A stretch of 64,000 nt of DNA from Camelus dromedarius (Eukaryota), in the NCBI RefSeq assembly GCF_036321535.1, contig NC_087437.1:96226001-96290000 (forward strand), written 5' to 3'. The number at the start of each line of letters is the position of its first letter. Within the stretch, counting starts at the first letter, position 1. The notes beneath the pieces are model-generated. The model saw only the letters and a list, made by a program, of their open reading frames with translations. It was not told the origin of the DNA and did no database searches. Positions 1 through 14,548 of the stretch are shown here, piece by piece. The translations under genes and the position numbers were made by a program.

Positions 1-1607
1 AACACTAATGTGAGGAATGCTAGGCTTTTACTTCAAATAAGATTCATATTTTAAGTTACACTTTCTTCTGGGATATGGAAATCTCTTGCTGTAAAATGTG
101 TTATAAAAATTCTACTGTGTATACTTACTTGTATAATATTATACAGTATTTGCACATGGGGACACATAAGTAGGAACACACAAGACTTGTTTCTGAAACA
201 GGTTAAGTTCCTAAAATTTTTTCTTGAAAATAACAGTTTTGAATTGTAGATTTCTTTTATTTAATTTATGAAGCTTAAGTTTCTAATGAAGGAATATTCA
301 GCCCTCACAAAATATACACATTTTTAATAAATGTATAAATCTCGTATGACTAAGAAATTTACAACTTACAAAATAATTACCATGTTGTAAAAAAGATCAG
401 TATTTAAATAAATGGAAGTTCAGGATATGTAACCCTAAATGACACAAAAGTAAAATCCTAACTTCATTAAAACACACACACCCCAGGGTAGATAACTTTT
501 TTGCTTTTAAAACAACGTATCCTAACACTTACAAAATTTCAGAACATATATAATTATGCTATTATAAATACACTTATTCTTATTTTCTTATTCACATTTC
601 TTTATAATGTGATGGGGATAATTTTTTAAAATGCTCTTGCAAATTTAGTCTATTTGCTTCAGTAACTTAGCCATTAACTTAAGAAAATTCTATTTTAAAT
701 GAATCTTTATTTTTCTTAGAAATAACAATGTTTTGAGTGAAATGATTTGGCTTAATTTCACATACCAACTAGGAATTTCTGGGGTAAGGTGGGGTCTAGT
801 TTTCTCTTCTAATAGATGTACTTAGTTTGTTATTGTCAGAATTCTATAAATACTTATCAATAGCAAAAAGCCATAGTTTTAAATTTTTACAAGGTTTAAA
901 TGAGGTGTTTTACTCTCCCATGTTGTCCAGTCACATCACAGTTAATCAGAATTTTACTTCTCAAAGTTAGACACCTTATGTCTCTTAAAAGATGTCTCTC
1001 AAATGATGGCGAAGAAACTGGATATATATTGCTTCTCAACAGCAATAAATTCATCAGTTGAAACACGAGAGTTTTTCAAAATTTGTATTCTCAATGGCTC
1101 TCTTTTTTCAAGTGAAATATTTTACAGAACCTCAATAACATGATCAAAGCAGACCTGGAGTGGAAGCTGGTACGCCCACCCTTATATTCCCATCCCAACT
1201 CTTTAAAGCCTTGAAGCATTGTTTTATGAGAATACGGTTTAAAAACAGCTGCTCTAAGGCCCATTACACAGAAATCTAGTAAAAAAGATAAAGGCATTTT
1301 CTGGGACAGGGCTTCACTATCTACCTTGTACCTCATCTCTCTAAATCTCTGAAGTTCTGCAATCACATTATTCAAAAAAAACCCCACTGCATTGTTATGG
1401 TTTACTTGTCCAACTGAGTCTGAGTTATCTGTGACCCTGGAGGTAGGATATATGCATTTGTCTCTTTACGTGTTGCACAAAGATATAAAAAATTAATTTA
1501 CACTCAAGTTAATAAGGGAGCCACTAGAAATGTTCTTCATCCATGTGACCCTGAGACTTCTCTGGGAACTGTCATCTGTGGACCTTCCTTCTTCATCCAG
1601 GCCCTAC

Positions 1608-1732
1608 CTTGTATTCTTGGATAATTCCATTCTGATGATCTGGTGGAGGAGGATCCCAGGAAACACTAATACTTGTGCTATTGTGGCTTCCGACTGTCAG
1701 GACAGTGACAGATTGTGGAGGGGCACTTGGGG
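1608..1732 (-). CDS. ROBO2: ROBO2 exon ~15 (125 nt), first half of FN3-3: [42 protein letters not shown]
   Basis: Acceptor cttcctccacag|CCCCAAGT, donor TACAAG|gtaggg. Overlaps ORF 1593..1817. Confidence 0.97.
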
Positions 1733-1959
1733 CTGTGGAGGAAGTGATTAGAATAAACACAAACTGTAAATCTTGGTGTGCATTAATGCTCCTTACAAAA
1801 TATGAACATAAAGACAAGATACAAGAGGTTCTGGTTTCCAGTAGTTCTGAATTTGCAGATAGTATTCAACAATGAGTTTTTATTTTTTTAATCCTTTAAA
1901 TATAATGGTTAGATTTAAAGCAAATTCCAAGCTATGGTAATATGTCCTCATTAATAAAC

Positions 1960-2170
1960 TTAACAGCTAACATTCTAATGAGTGTTTCCTATATGCCCTG
2001 AACTGAATGTCAGATTTAATTCTCACAATAACCTCAGGAAATAAAAACAACTCTTATCTCAGTTTTACAGATAAGAAAACAGAAGGCTACTGCAAAAGAC
2101 TTATTTAAGACAAACAATCAGGGAGAATTTGAACCCAGATTCTAGAACTTGGATTCTTTTGACTCTAATA
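1960..2170 (-). mobile_element. MIR SINE, degenerate
   Basis: Antisense MIR-like text: taacagctaac...atttaattctcacaataacc...ttttacagataagaaaacagaaggc...atttgaacccag. Boundaries approximate. Confidence 0.75.
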
Positions 2171-4455
2171 GGCTCCCTTTATGGAAAAACAAACAACCAA
2201 AAACCAAACCAAAACAACAACAACAACAACAAAAACCCACATCACTATCAAAAATATTCTCCTGCATTCCAGAATTTTATCAGTCATTATCTCTGAGTGG
2301 TAGCATTACTGACAATCTTTTTGTTTTGTTCTGGTTTGTGTTTAATACATAAAAATAGCAACATGGCTATAAATCTCACCAACACAGAAACAAGACACTT
2401 CTGTTTTCATACTGAGAAAAATAACTGACTGTTACAAATTGACCCATAATTTAAGATTTAAAACTTATTTTACATTGATGGGCAAGGAACTCTGAAGATA
2501 TAAATGAAAACAGTTCATGTTGGGTCAAATGTGAAATGGGCAGATTTTAATTTCCTACAGTTCTCTTCTTTTATGGTTTCTCCTATAAGTAATTATAATT
2601 GTGCTGAGAAAAGATGAGTAAGAAAAAATTCATGACTTTGGACTGCAACATCTCCTACCCAGTGTATCTGAGGGCTAAGCTGCACTAATTTTGCAGAAAA
2701 ACTTATCCATTTCAGTGAATATCTGAGTTTAAACCAAAGGCTGATAAAGGAAAATCAAAGCACTAACAATTAAAAAAATTCAATTAATTTTGTGGTATGA
2801 AATAGTTTCATATATAAGCTTTCATAACTTTACAGTTTAGTTCTTTGAAAATGAATACACTCAGTCATAAAAGATATTTTAAAAGCCTATCAGCAAAGTT
2901 TCCCGTGTTTGGCAAATCTGTCGTGACATATTTCACTGAAGTACGGTCATACTTGCATTGCGTATAAAACACACACAGACACATCACCACAATACTGTTC
3001 TTTATTATTCCTCTGTGATAACGTTGCTCCAAGATATGGCACAATGACATAAACCCAACTGTTTGACTACCAGTTGTGTAGTTATTAAGTAGACTTCACT
3101 GAAAAGCAGCACTTTTGAAAAGTGCTTTCCCATTTGCCTTACTGCTGGCTTGGTGAGAACACCAGGCCTGTTTCCCGACAGGTCAATTATCCCAGATACA
3201 GATGTGAAAGAACCCACTCATCGTTCCCAGACACAGCCCAGCTGAGTTCCCTTTGTTCCCTTCAGAGGCCACAGGAATCAGAGATGAAGGTATACCGAAT
3301 GGTGACAAGTTTCTAATCTAGAGGAAAAGTCTAACTGCAGTGAAATTGATTTTTGGAAGTATGCTTCAAACGTAGCATTCTGTATTAAATTTACCCACCC
3401 CACTCATTAGTTCTACACATTTTCAACATAGAGTAAAATTCAACGGTGGATAAAGATACTATTATTAATTTTTAGTAATTTTTTCCTTTATAAATCCTGA
3501 AAGTAGATTAATGATGCCTTTAAAAATATGCATTTCTGCCCATGTCAATGTATCACACTGTAAACCAACGTGAAGGTAACATTCCACTGTGTTGCTTATT
3601 GTAAGGTGTGTATAATTAAAAAGCTCTTTGGTCAAACATGAACATCTATGTTAGCATGAACAATCTACATGCATTTTCTTAAGGCTGCTCTTACATTTAT
3701 TTATATACAATATGTTTAGAAAAAAAGGCTTTTTACTGGAACAGTGTACATACATAAAATTAGTAGAAAAGCAGAAAAGGAGGAATTTATTATACTTATC
3801 TGATTTTTTTGTACATTGACGATACCATTTATTATAAACCTCTAGTTTAGTGAAGGAGACACTAGAAAATGGACTGGTTGAGACCTATATTAATTTCATG
3901 TCCAACACAGACTGACTTTAAAGTATCTGCAGGCAAGAAAAGTTACAAAGGGGAGAGGGAGAGGGAATATCACTAAGAATAATGCTAATGCAAATGTGCA
4001 AGTGATCTTCCAGATTAGAAACTATGAATTAGACAGGCAGAACCCATAGGGAAAAAAGCTTATAAAAGAAAATGTCATTACTACACCAAAAACAGAGGAG
4101 TGACAAGGAACCGCCTGTGTTCTTGAGTTTCCATTAGCCTATCTTTTAATGAAGCCAAATGCACTAAACCCATGTTAAAAAAAATGGGAAAATGTTATAA
4201 TCAAATTCCAGTGCACTGATAAGCAAGATTTGAAGCAAATGTTTTCATAAGAGAAATTCATTACCTGAATGTCATTTTTTTGAGTTGTTAGATTCTGTGG
4301 AGTTCTTAGCATAAAAGGAGAAAATGACACTTTCTGTACTGAGTTTTAGATTCTCTCTTGCTACTCTTCTAAGGAAGATGATAAACTAGAATGTCAATGG
4401 AAATTGATTTCTTTATGACTTCAGTTTGGTTTATGTTAGAAATCTAAAAACTGAC

Positions 4456-4687
4456 CTTCTTCAGTAGTACGAACTGTTTTAGCGTCACTATCCATTCCTT
4501 GGAACTCGTTAAAATATGGCCGAACTTTAATTTCATAAGTCACCCCCTTTTTCAGATTGACTAAGACAGCACTGCGCTCAGTTGGGACTTTGGCGTCTAA
4601 ATTCTGCCACGTTGACATCGCCTGCAGGCCTGAAGTCTGACGGTACATCACTCGGTAGCCTTGAATAAACTGGGGTTGGCGATCAAC
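4456..4687 (-). CDS. ROBO2: ROBO2 exon ~14 (232 nt), rest of FN3-2: VDRQPQFIQGYRVMYRQTSGLQAMSTWQNLDAKVPTERSAVLVNLKKGVTYEIKVRPYFNEFQGMDSDAKTVRTTEE
   Basis: Acceptor atgtttttcag|GTTGAT, donor GAAGAAG|gtcagt. Overlaps ORF 4436..4651. Confidence 0.97.
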
Positions 4688-5129
4688 CTGAAAAACATGG
4701 CAAAAAGCTTTTGAAACCAGATGGAAGTATTTCCAATGTCACAGTGGAACTGTTCTCATTTCTTTTGTCCCTGTTTCAGTCCTCATCAACTATCATCTGA
4801 ATGATGCCATGGCTTTCTAATTCATCTCCCTGCTTCTAATATCCTCTTCCAGTTTTAAGCTCACATTGCTCCTAAGTGATTTCCAACATGAAGAGTGGAA
4901 CAACCCTCTCTCCTGTTTAAAATACTTCATAGTGTCTAAGATACTTAATTACTCAAATTCTTTGGATTAGTACAAATTCTTTGGATTACTACAAAGGCTT
5001 GTAAAGGCCTAAACTTGCCATTTTTTCTAGCTTCATTGCTTCTTGCTCATCTGTTTGTTCTTTTTTTTTTGGTATTCAACAATTTTCATGTTTGTGGTTT
5101 TATATGCAGTGTGTTATTTGTCATGAGTC

Positions 5130-5570
5130 TCCATTCTCATCCCTTGTTCACTCACCAATACCTTCACTCACTCAAACTAATACCTTCACCTGCTAATAGG
5201 TGCCAGTTATTCTGCTAAACTCTGAGGATAAAAATGGAGAATGAAAGTAGAATCAGTCCCTGGCCTCATGGTACTTAAAGTTCAGGTGAAGGGTGGCAGT
5301 TTTCTAATGATCACTCAAACTATGGGCCAGTTCCATTCACAACAAATAAACATATGCCATTATTATGAATGAGATGTACTAGGAGCTAAGAAAGCCTGGA
5401 GTGGAGAGGAAATTGACTGAATCAAGAAGTGGGGAGGTTTCCCTAAGAAGTGCTGAAATCTGCAAGGAAAGTAGGATTTATCCAAGGGAAGAAGAGTATG
5501 AACAGCATGTATAAAATGCCTGTGGCTGAAGGAAGCATATGAGAGGGACTCTGAATTGTGGAGCTTGAGC
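5130..5570 (-). mobile_element. L2 LINE 3' fragment
   Basis: Antisense L2 3'-end pattern: ttcactcactcaaac...gtgccag...gtccctggcctcatgg..cttaaagttcagg, followed by a purine-rich body. Confidence 0.6.
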
Positions 5571-7439
5571 CTGTATTAAATGCGTATGAAAACTTATACC
5601 CATTAACACATATTAAACAGATGACATTTCTATTAATTTCCCAACTTCTTGCTCCTCCCACAGTCCTACTTACTGGCACAATTTAACAACTGTCTCGATC
5701 CTTTCATTCATCTGAAGTACAGAGGATAAGCAGCTGTTTTTAATAAAAATCTGACATTTTTGAAGAAAATGAGTATCAAAATATCAGAAAATATCAAAAA
5801 ACAAGTTCTCTTTTTACAGTCATTAAACAATCTTTATTGGAGTTTTGCCATTGTTTCATTTCAGGGACAAAAGGACTGTTAGCTTTTTAAATATTTTTAA
5901 TGCTTGTCATTTTCTAGAAATGCTTGACTTAAATATAATATCACAGCACCTTCTGCAATTAATATTCTACATACTATAGTTTAATAGCCATATTCTAAGA
6001 AGCCTTTAACTTGACATATTTCACTGTCAAATAAAGTGTAAAATTCAATGGAGAAGAGATGGAATAACCTCATTTTAGGAAGACTGAGGAGAGAGGAAAT
6101 AAAGAAGGTGATGATAGAAATGGTTATTTCAGCTTTTAAAAAAAGTCTTTATCTAACTGTTAACACATAATAAATAGAAGGTATTCTTTCATGTATTAAC
6201 TTCTAGCATTTCTTCATTAGTTGCAGAATTTAAAAATATTTTTTAAGTGAAGGCAGAAAATTTAAAAATACAGGACTTCAATCAAAATACAGTGGAACAA
6301 AGGCAACTTTTTTTTTTTTTTTTTTGGTATTTGGAATGTCCAAGCTAGCAAAACCCATACAATTGGTGAGCATGAGCATGTGTGTTCTAAGTATAGCTAA
6401 TTCCAGTTTCACAGATCAGTCTCAACAAGTAACAATTCCTTCACCCACCTGACAGCTTTCTAACCATCAAAGATTTGTGGAATCAGTGCTACACTTGTAT
6501 GAGGTTATGTCAAAGAAAAGTAAGCTCATTTCTGATACCAAAGCTTATGATCTCTGAATCCTCACTCATGCTACCATTTTGTGTCTGTACCAAAGTATAT
6601 ATATTTTTGGAAAGTAGAAGTTGTTTCTGACATTATAAAACAAGGAAAAAGCAAAAAGCTAAATTTATGAGAGCCAAAGAGAGATGCCTTTCATCAAAAC
6701 TGTCAATGTTCAAAAAAATCCTTGCAGCATATGTTAAAACAACATTAAGCTTGCATTTTATAAACTTCTCTGCCTTCGTTTTAAGTGAATTTATATACTG
6801 AAAGAAAGACATAACTCACAATAATAGCTTGTTAATACTGAAAGAAGCAAGCTGTGTTTTTAAGGAGAACATTAAGCAGCTGTTTCCAGATGAAGGGAGT
6901 CTGTAAATCAGGGTAAATTGGTTTTATCCATGTTTGGTTTTCATTAATTAAGTGTTTTAGGGACTTTATGAAGCTAATGTTTACTACACAACATTGCTTT
7001 GCTCACTTCAGCATATACTCCCTTCAACCAGTATGTTCTAATGGCCGACTTAATAGCTAAATAGTTTAACTTGATCTTGAGTGGTTGCTATACATTCTTT
7101 CCAGGAGGAAATTTGTTGTTATAGGTGGAAGCAAAAATAAAAGTGCTGCATGTCACCTTTAAAAAAAATTGGCGGGCCTTTGGTGGACATGTGTTCTACA
7201 CCACTGATTGGGAGCGTATTTTGACAAGTGGTCACTTTCAAGTTGAACCATGTGCTTGTCACTAGTGTTATTAACATTCTGATTACAAGAAAGAGGATTT
7301 TCTTTTAGAGTTGATTATAATCAGAGTCTGGCTACAAATCTATGGGTTTATAGAATTTGAAAAAAATTGGTATTTTCTGGAATTAAAAAAATGGTTGTCT
7401 TAAGCAAAACATGGAATGAAGAGAGTTTGTCTTCAAGTT

Positions 7440-7575
7440 GTAAAGTCTCAGTTGAGGCTTAGCCTTTTAAACTTTCTGAGCCTCAGTTTACTCAGTTTGC
7501 TCAAATAATGTCCATATTACAAGGGCACAGAAGCAATTAAATGATCAACATTGTTTAAAGCACTCTGCAAGTCTT
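7440..7575 (+). mobile_element. MIR fragment
   Basis: MIR core: ttaaactttctgagcctcagttt...attaaatgatcaacattgtttaaagcact. Confidence 0.65.
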
Positions 7576-10494
7576 AGAGATGCGCAATGATAAAGCACCA
7601 CTGTTAAGTAAGGAAGATGCTAAACAAGGGGGCTGGTATGTGGTCCTCAATCAGCACTTTCATTAAAAGGTTTAAAACGAGATGCTCAATATCTATCTTT
7701 TCAATTAAAAAAATTTCCATCTATACTGAAAATTCAAAGTGAGTTTTCTTTGGTGGGCTTAGGCTGCTAAGGAACTGATCTGTATTTAACTAAGTTCTGA
7801 AATACCAGTAGCTGTGATGTTTAAGGGGCAAGGGGCCTGTCATTCCTTCTGTCCTTTAATAAAAACAGAACACACACACACACAGATTAGAATAATCATT
7901 TTAAAATAAGAGATTCATTGCTATTTTCTTCATGAAACAATCATTTTCATCATTTTTGCCTACCCTCACAAGAGCAGTCATTTTGAGAAAGCAGCCTTTG
8001 CTAACTACTGATGCTTCAAGATTAGCCTGTGGGCCAGGAGGATGGTCTTGCCCATCTAAATGTCCTATGTGTCTGGTAACAGAATCCTGCCAACTCCTGA
8101 CAAACCACATCATCTGGTCCCCAGTCTAAATACATAGGCAGGGAATGTATTTCTTCCCTCAAACATCAACGTGTTTGTAACTCAAATACTAACAATGTGA
8201 GAACTTAAAGAACATATACATTTGGTAAGCTGAAAATAAGACACAAACATAAAATATTTAGTTATAATTTCTTTGGCAACGGATCAAACCTCTAGCCTAA
8301 CTTTATTTCACTAAATTTATCTCTCAAATACATTCATATTTATAGCACGTGTAACTACAAATTCACGGGAAATTTGTGATACAATTGAACACTTTCTTTT
8401 TTAAGAGTAAAAAAAAATTAAAATGTATGAAAACAACTTGATTTGATCATTCAACAGACAGTTATTGAAAAAGTAGTTCATAATAAATGCTCTGCTCTGA
8501 AAAAACAGAAACGAAAGCATGAACTTCAGACTTACCAAAGTCAAGTTCATGAGGGAGAGAGCTATGCAAATCAGTAATGACAAATTTCTTGGGATATAGA
8601 GATGAATATGACAAGGTCCTTCTCTTGGAAGAACTCCCAGACTACTGACCTGCAATTTTGATTTGATTTGATTTATTCTTTCAAACTCTGTGACTTTAAG
8701 AGTGATTAACTTCATAAACATAATGACTTTGATTCTTACCCAAATAATTCCCACATTTAGAAGCAGCTTAAAAAAGAAGCCTCTTCAAAACTCATAACAA
8801 AGCAGAGAAGACTTTTTCAATTGAGAACGAGGGAAAATCTGTTATTAAAAAATATAACCACTTCCTTGGCTTTGTTAGTTTTGTATCTCACCAAAGCTAC
8901 AGAAAGATGGAAGAGGCATGGCAGATAATACGCTTCCTGTGCCACTGGAAAAATGATGAGGTCATTATGTTCCCTTCATGGGAGCAGAAGAATAGAAACC
9001 ATTCTATGCAGAAAACAGAATCTGTCTATGTGAAATTATATCCAAAATAAAATTAGAAACAATGTCATCTTAGATAATCATAATTACCCTTAAAACATTA
9101 TAAATTTAGTTTTATTTTTGTTAAAGCATTATCCAGTTTTGTACTCACAGGCTAACTCCAGGATCATATGTTGAAATTCAACTATTAAAAGGCATTTCTT
9201 TGAACTAATATTTGTCTACAGTTTATGTTTAAAGTGAAAAACACAAAAAGCAGATTTAGATTAAGTAAATTCTAATCCTATCTTTACCTATAATTAGATG
9301 TGGGAACATTGCTCAACCTGTCTGCATTGTTCCTTTTATATAATTATAGATTTGAACTAAACAGCCTTAAATGTTAATTTAGTTTCTACTGTTCTAATAC
9401 AGTCATGCCTCCATATTTCCGCAAATAGATGTAGGTAAGTGGTAATTCGGTTTCTGATACCTGAGGATAGAATTACTCACTTCCTCTTTGATTGATCTTT
9501 GTTTGTAAGATGTGTATATGTCAGCTATGGCTCTTACTTTCTGTGTACCATCATTAAAAATTTCCACATTTTTCTCAAGTAGATTTCTGTCTCTTTATAT
9601 AGCATTCCTCCACATCTAGTAAAAAATTGGGCCTCAAAAAATGCTTGTTGAACTGAATTTTTTCAATGGATTTATTATTAAAAGGATACTGACATAATTT
9701 TCTTCACTGTGTTTTGTATTTCAAACATAATTAAGAACTAATAAAAAATAATCAGTTTTCTTTTCTCAACTTCCGGGTTAAAGGAATTGATGGAAATGGA
9801 TGAAATAGTTATTTCCTTAAAAAATTTGGACACTAAGTGGGGGAAAAAATCCATTGTTTTTGACTTACAGTCATTCTTCTCCTACCACAAGAACAATACC
9901 GTCAACAACAATAACAGAGACATAATTATACACACTTTCTTGCCAATGTAGTTAAAGTGAAATTCTTCTAGATATCACTAACTCAAGTGACCATTACCTG
10001 TACAGTACACATGATCTACCACATATAGAGAGAGTTTTTATTATCCCGATATATTTCCTTAGGATTTTCAGAGGCTATAATAGAGAAGTCTCAGGCAAGA
10101 AATGAGAAGTTGACACTACCTGGTATTATGCACAAGGAAGACCATTATCAGGCTTTTCACAAAACACAGACACACACATAGACACAAACCCATGTACAAG
10201 GGTTAATAGTCTCTAATATGAGAAATATGGCTATTTTTATGCTATTTATTGTTTTCACTGCAGTGGCTATCATGAGGTGAAAACATTTTGCATTATGAAA
10301 TAACATTGGCAGGTTGATATTTAATAATGCATGGAATTGAACATTCTTAGCATATATTAAAATATCAATTTATTTCTTAAAACATATTAATTTTTTTACT
10401 ACATATGCAAAATTTTTAAAATTATATATTTTTGCTTGGTACTGCTGGAGGAGGTTCAGCTAAAAGAATGTAAAGATGATTAATTTAAATTCAG

Positions 10495-11475
10495 AAGAAA
10501 ACTTCATCAAAATTAGAATATTTTTGTGCTTCAGATGACATCCTTAAGAAAGTACAAAACATCCCACAGACTGGTAGAAAATATTTACAAATTGTGTATC
10601 TGATAAAGAATTTGTATCTGATATATAAAGAACTCTTACAAAAGACTATACTAAGAAGACAAACAACTCAATTTAAAAATGAGAAGATTTTAAAAAGACA
10701 TTTCTTTAAAGAAAATATCCAAATGTTCAAGAAGCACATGAAAGAGTCAAAATTCATTAGTCATTAAAAATGCAAATCAAAACCACAGTGATATACCACT
10801 GCATATCCACTAGAATGGCAATAATCAAAAAGAGGATGGTAAATGTTGGTGAGGATGTGGGAGAAACTGGCAAGGATTGGAAGAAATTGAAATCTTCAAA
10901 TACTGCTGGTGGAAGCATGAGATTGTGAAAACACTTTGGAAAACATTTTGGCAGTTTATCCAAATGCTAAACAGAGAGCTTAATTCAACAATTCCTAAGT
11001 ATATGCCAAGAGATATGAAAATATATGTCGACTTGTACACAAGTGTTCATCGCACCATCATTCATCATAGCCCAAAGTGGAAAGAACTCACAGATGAATC
11101 AGCTGATAAATGGATAAACAGATGTATGTGATATATCTATACTGTGGAACAAAGTACTGATAAATGCTGCAACATGGATGGACCTCAAAAACATCAAGCT
11201 GAGTGAAAGAAGCCAGACACGAAAGGTCACATAGTACATGATTTCATTCATATGAAAGAAATAGGTAAATTTATACAGACAGCAGATTAGTGGTTGCAAA
11301 GGGCTAACGTAGGAGGAACGGTGGAGTGACTGCTAATGGGGAAAAGGTTTCATCTTGGGATGATGTTCTAAAATCAGATTCTGGTGATTGCACAACTCTG
11401 CAAAGATAACCAAAAAATATTGAGTTGTACACTTTAACTCTGGTTTGTTAATTATATATTAATAGGGTGGTTTAA
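10495..11475 (+). mobile_element. Old LINE-1 3' fragment (L1M-type; ORF2 C-terminus plus 3'UTR), antisense to ROBO2
   Basis: Classic L1 text: aatgcaaatcaaaaccacagtgatataccactgcatatccactagaatggc, atgttggtgaggatgtgg, caacatggatggacctcaaaaacatc..ctgagtgaaagaagccagacac. It explains ORFs 10757..11299. Confidence 0.92.
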
Positions 11476-11709
11476 AAGTTCATAAGACAGAACATATTAT
11501 GTTTATACTGCTATCTACTTTTACTCTATGTACATACTCTTTTATCTTTTAATTTTTTTTCCTTTTTTGCCATTGATGACACCTTGATTTTAAATGGTGA
11601 GGATTTTACTACTATTTTTTTTTGGTTAGTTTATTTGCCTTTTCCTTTTTAGTTTGTTTTCTTAAATGAATAAAAGAGACTAGCATTAAGATTATTTTTA
11701 AAAACTTAC

Positions 11710-11831
11710 CGTCCACGTGACTTGAACAGTGGTGGGAGTCAGTACGACCGGAGTGTGAAGGCGAACAATGACGTCTCCTAGTTCTTTCTGTACTTGTCTG
11801 TGGTCCACTCCTTGTGCTGGTGGGCTGATAT
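11710..11831 (-). CDS. ROBO2: ROBO2 exon ~13 (122 nt), start of FN3-2: DISPPAQGVDHRQVQKELGDVIVRLHTPVVLTPTTVQVTWT
   Basis: Acceptor atccctgtag|ATATCAGC, donor TGGACG|gtaagt. The ORF track shows a different (wrong) frame at 11612..11881. Confidence 0.96.
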
Positions 11832-14375
11832 CTACAGGGATAACCAGTCCCAATTTTTAAAAGTTCATAGTGAAATTCCAATATATATTATATAAGCCAG
11901 TATTATGCCATTAGAAATACAGCAGCAACAATAAAAAACCCTTTGTGATGAACAGCATTAAAATACATGGTCTTTACCATATACTAGGATATAATTTGAG
12001 AGGTGATATTTATCTTCACTAAAATAATACTAATAAGAGTGTTTGCAATTCCTCATTCTAACTTCAGTATATAATTGTAAAAGATCTATTATTTCTTCTT
12101 AAAGAATAAAGTATGTGCTGTAAGATTTCTTTAGAAACCTCAGTTTTCTATGAATGTTGGCATATTGAAGGACTCTCCTAAGCAGTTAATGGGGCCAGAC
12201 CTGAAAATTGCTGTTTAGGAATTTGTTCAATCCCTTTCCCCAATTTGTAGGGTGTGTGTTCCTCCTCCTTGACCTATTTCAGTCTGGGAGTGTGGAAGGG
12301 AAAGCAATCAGGCGGACTGGGAAGTGAATTATGTTACTAAAGGTAAACAAAGTGAGGGTAAGAAGGGGAAGAATCCTCCCAAATTCACAAAAATATTTTT
12401 GACTGACCAATTTAAAAGACTGATAAAATGTTCTATGTAGTAAGTTCTGAACAGTTCTCCAATATCTAACAAAAAATAATGCAGCTGCGTTTTGGAAGTG
12501 ATGGTGGGGAGGTGGGAGGGAGAAGAACTGTGATGCTGAGAATGATATACTCAGCCATATACTGGTCTGCCCCGCTATTCACCATTTACCTAAATACTAC
12601 TCTGTTTTCCATACAATGGTTTAGATTCTATGTACCCATTAAGGAAAAAAAAAAAGATAAATTATAGACATCCAAGTCCATCAAACTGATATCAAAAACA
12701 ATTTCACACATACTCAAATCAATTTCTTTAACTGGTACACTGCAATATTGATATTTTTTTCTTCAATCACCTTATTTAAGGAAGGAAGTCCAATTTAAAA
12801 TGATTTATTTTCTTAATCTTGTTTTATCCTATTTTCTCGAGCCACAATGCCACACTCGCAAAAATATTTTTAAGTGCACATCTCACTTTAACTACAGCCA
12901 TAACTTAAATTGGGAGCACTAACTTAAACTGGGACACAAATAACTGGAAACCGCATTTTGTTAATCTTTTCTAGTTCCACGTTTTTTTCATCATTAGCGT
13001 GAACAGTGGAGTTTTACTTGACTTAGAAAACATACATATATATGTATATATATTAATATTATATGAATAATATCAATCTGCTGGTACATCTATGGTCTAC
13101 TGTAATGTTGATGGTACAAATATTTGCTGCCTTACTAAAATAAGAAATTTCTAAATCCTATAATATGTAATATCTTTGAAAAATAAGACCTCACACAGCA
13201 CACTGTTCTTTGCAAAGAAGTGCTTTGCAGAACACAAAGCTGCTGAAAGTGTCATGTCAAAAATGATTCTGACGTTCAGACACAAAACATGAGTTTTCCT
13301 ATTAAATGTCTGTTAAGAGAACATAAGTCTTCCACTCTATATAGTCTCTCGACTGGCACAAGCCAAATCACAAACAACTTTTCATTAATCTTTTTTGACC
13401 TTTTCACCAAGAAGTTATATTAGGAGTCAAGATTTAGTGACTGGCACTGTTACTGAGAGATTAGGAAGGTCATGGGATTTAATCACACCCAAGTCCTCCC
13501 ACTGTGATCTCCCCACCTGCCGTAGCAGCTCCGCACAAAAACTGTCTCTATCTACACAGGTGGAAAGGATCTGGGTACTACAATTTCTTGACTTAAAATC
13601 ACACACCTCTTCCTTTTCAAGTTCAATAATTTAATTTACTCATTAAATTCAGATGCACTAAACGCAACTGGATCCAGGCAAGGTAAAACAGAACCCATTT
13701 CAGATCTTCAAATTCCCTGTTGTACTTTTTCTTTCTCTTGAGACAGGTTCTTTACCTACAGGCCCTTTATCATCATGGAAAATTAATCACATTACTGCTC
13801 AGAGAACAATAGCAAAGTGGCATCCCCTCCTCCCTTGACTGTCATCATGTCAGCAACGTTGCAAAATCACGTGGTGACTTTATTTGACTTGATTCCTTTA
13901 AGGCACCCTTCTCTGTTATAATAGCATGCTAGTTACTATCACAGAACTACATTGTAATTATAATAATATTTTATGGCTGTATGGTGCTTTTCATAGCATA
14001 AAAATACTACTTTGAATTTTATCTTGTTCAAAGCCTTACAAATAAGAAATAATTAACCCTTTCTTAAGAACCCTGTGGGAAGTAAGTTTTAACAAATAAT
14101 AAAGCCACCATTTCTATTTTATTCATTCTTCTCCTCTACCAGTAAGAAGGGAAATTATAATTCAACATTCCATATTAACCCCTGGACTTAGTTTGAAGAG
14201 ACAGGCTACTAAAGATGAGATCAGAAATCTTCCATTTAAAACTTATATGATAATATTCTGAGTGGAGTTTTTTTTTAGTTAGTCAAAAGAACTGCATACC
14301 TCTGAAAGCAAGCTTGATTTACTGCTTTTTGAAACAAACTTTTCCTTTAAACATGTGGTTTAATAAAATACACTG

Positions 14376-14548
14376 TAGCGATGCTTGTCAAACCTGAGCA
14401 TCAGCATTCCCTGGAGGGCACTGTAACAGACTGCTGGGCTGCAGCTGAGAGCTTCCGAGTTAGGGCCTGAGAACCTGCATTTCTAATGTGGTCCCAGGTG
14501 ATGCAGATGCTGCTTCTGTGGGAACCACACCTTGAGCCCCATAGCACT
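14376..14548. mobile_element. MER5A-like hAT-Charlie DNA transposon remnant
   Basis: gggcctgagaacctgcatttctaatgtggtcccaggtgatgcagatgctgct...accacaccttgag resembles the MER5A core. Confidence 0.8.

Noticed and set aside
11612..11881. 89-aa minus-strand ORF overlapping exon 13
   Set aside because: It is an alternative frame. Splice phases require the DISPPAQGVDHR frame.
13204..13234. Imperfect hairpin tgttctttgcaaag-aagtg-ctttgcagaaca as a miRNA or structured RNA
   Set aside because: The stem is only ~12 bp with a bulge, too short for a pre-miRNA and expected by chance in 64 kb.
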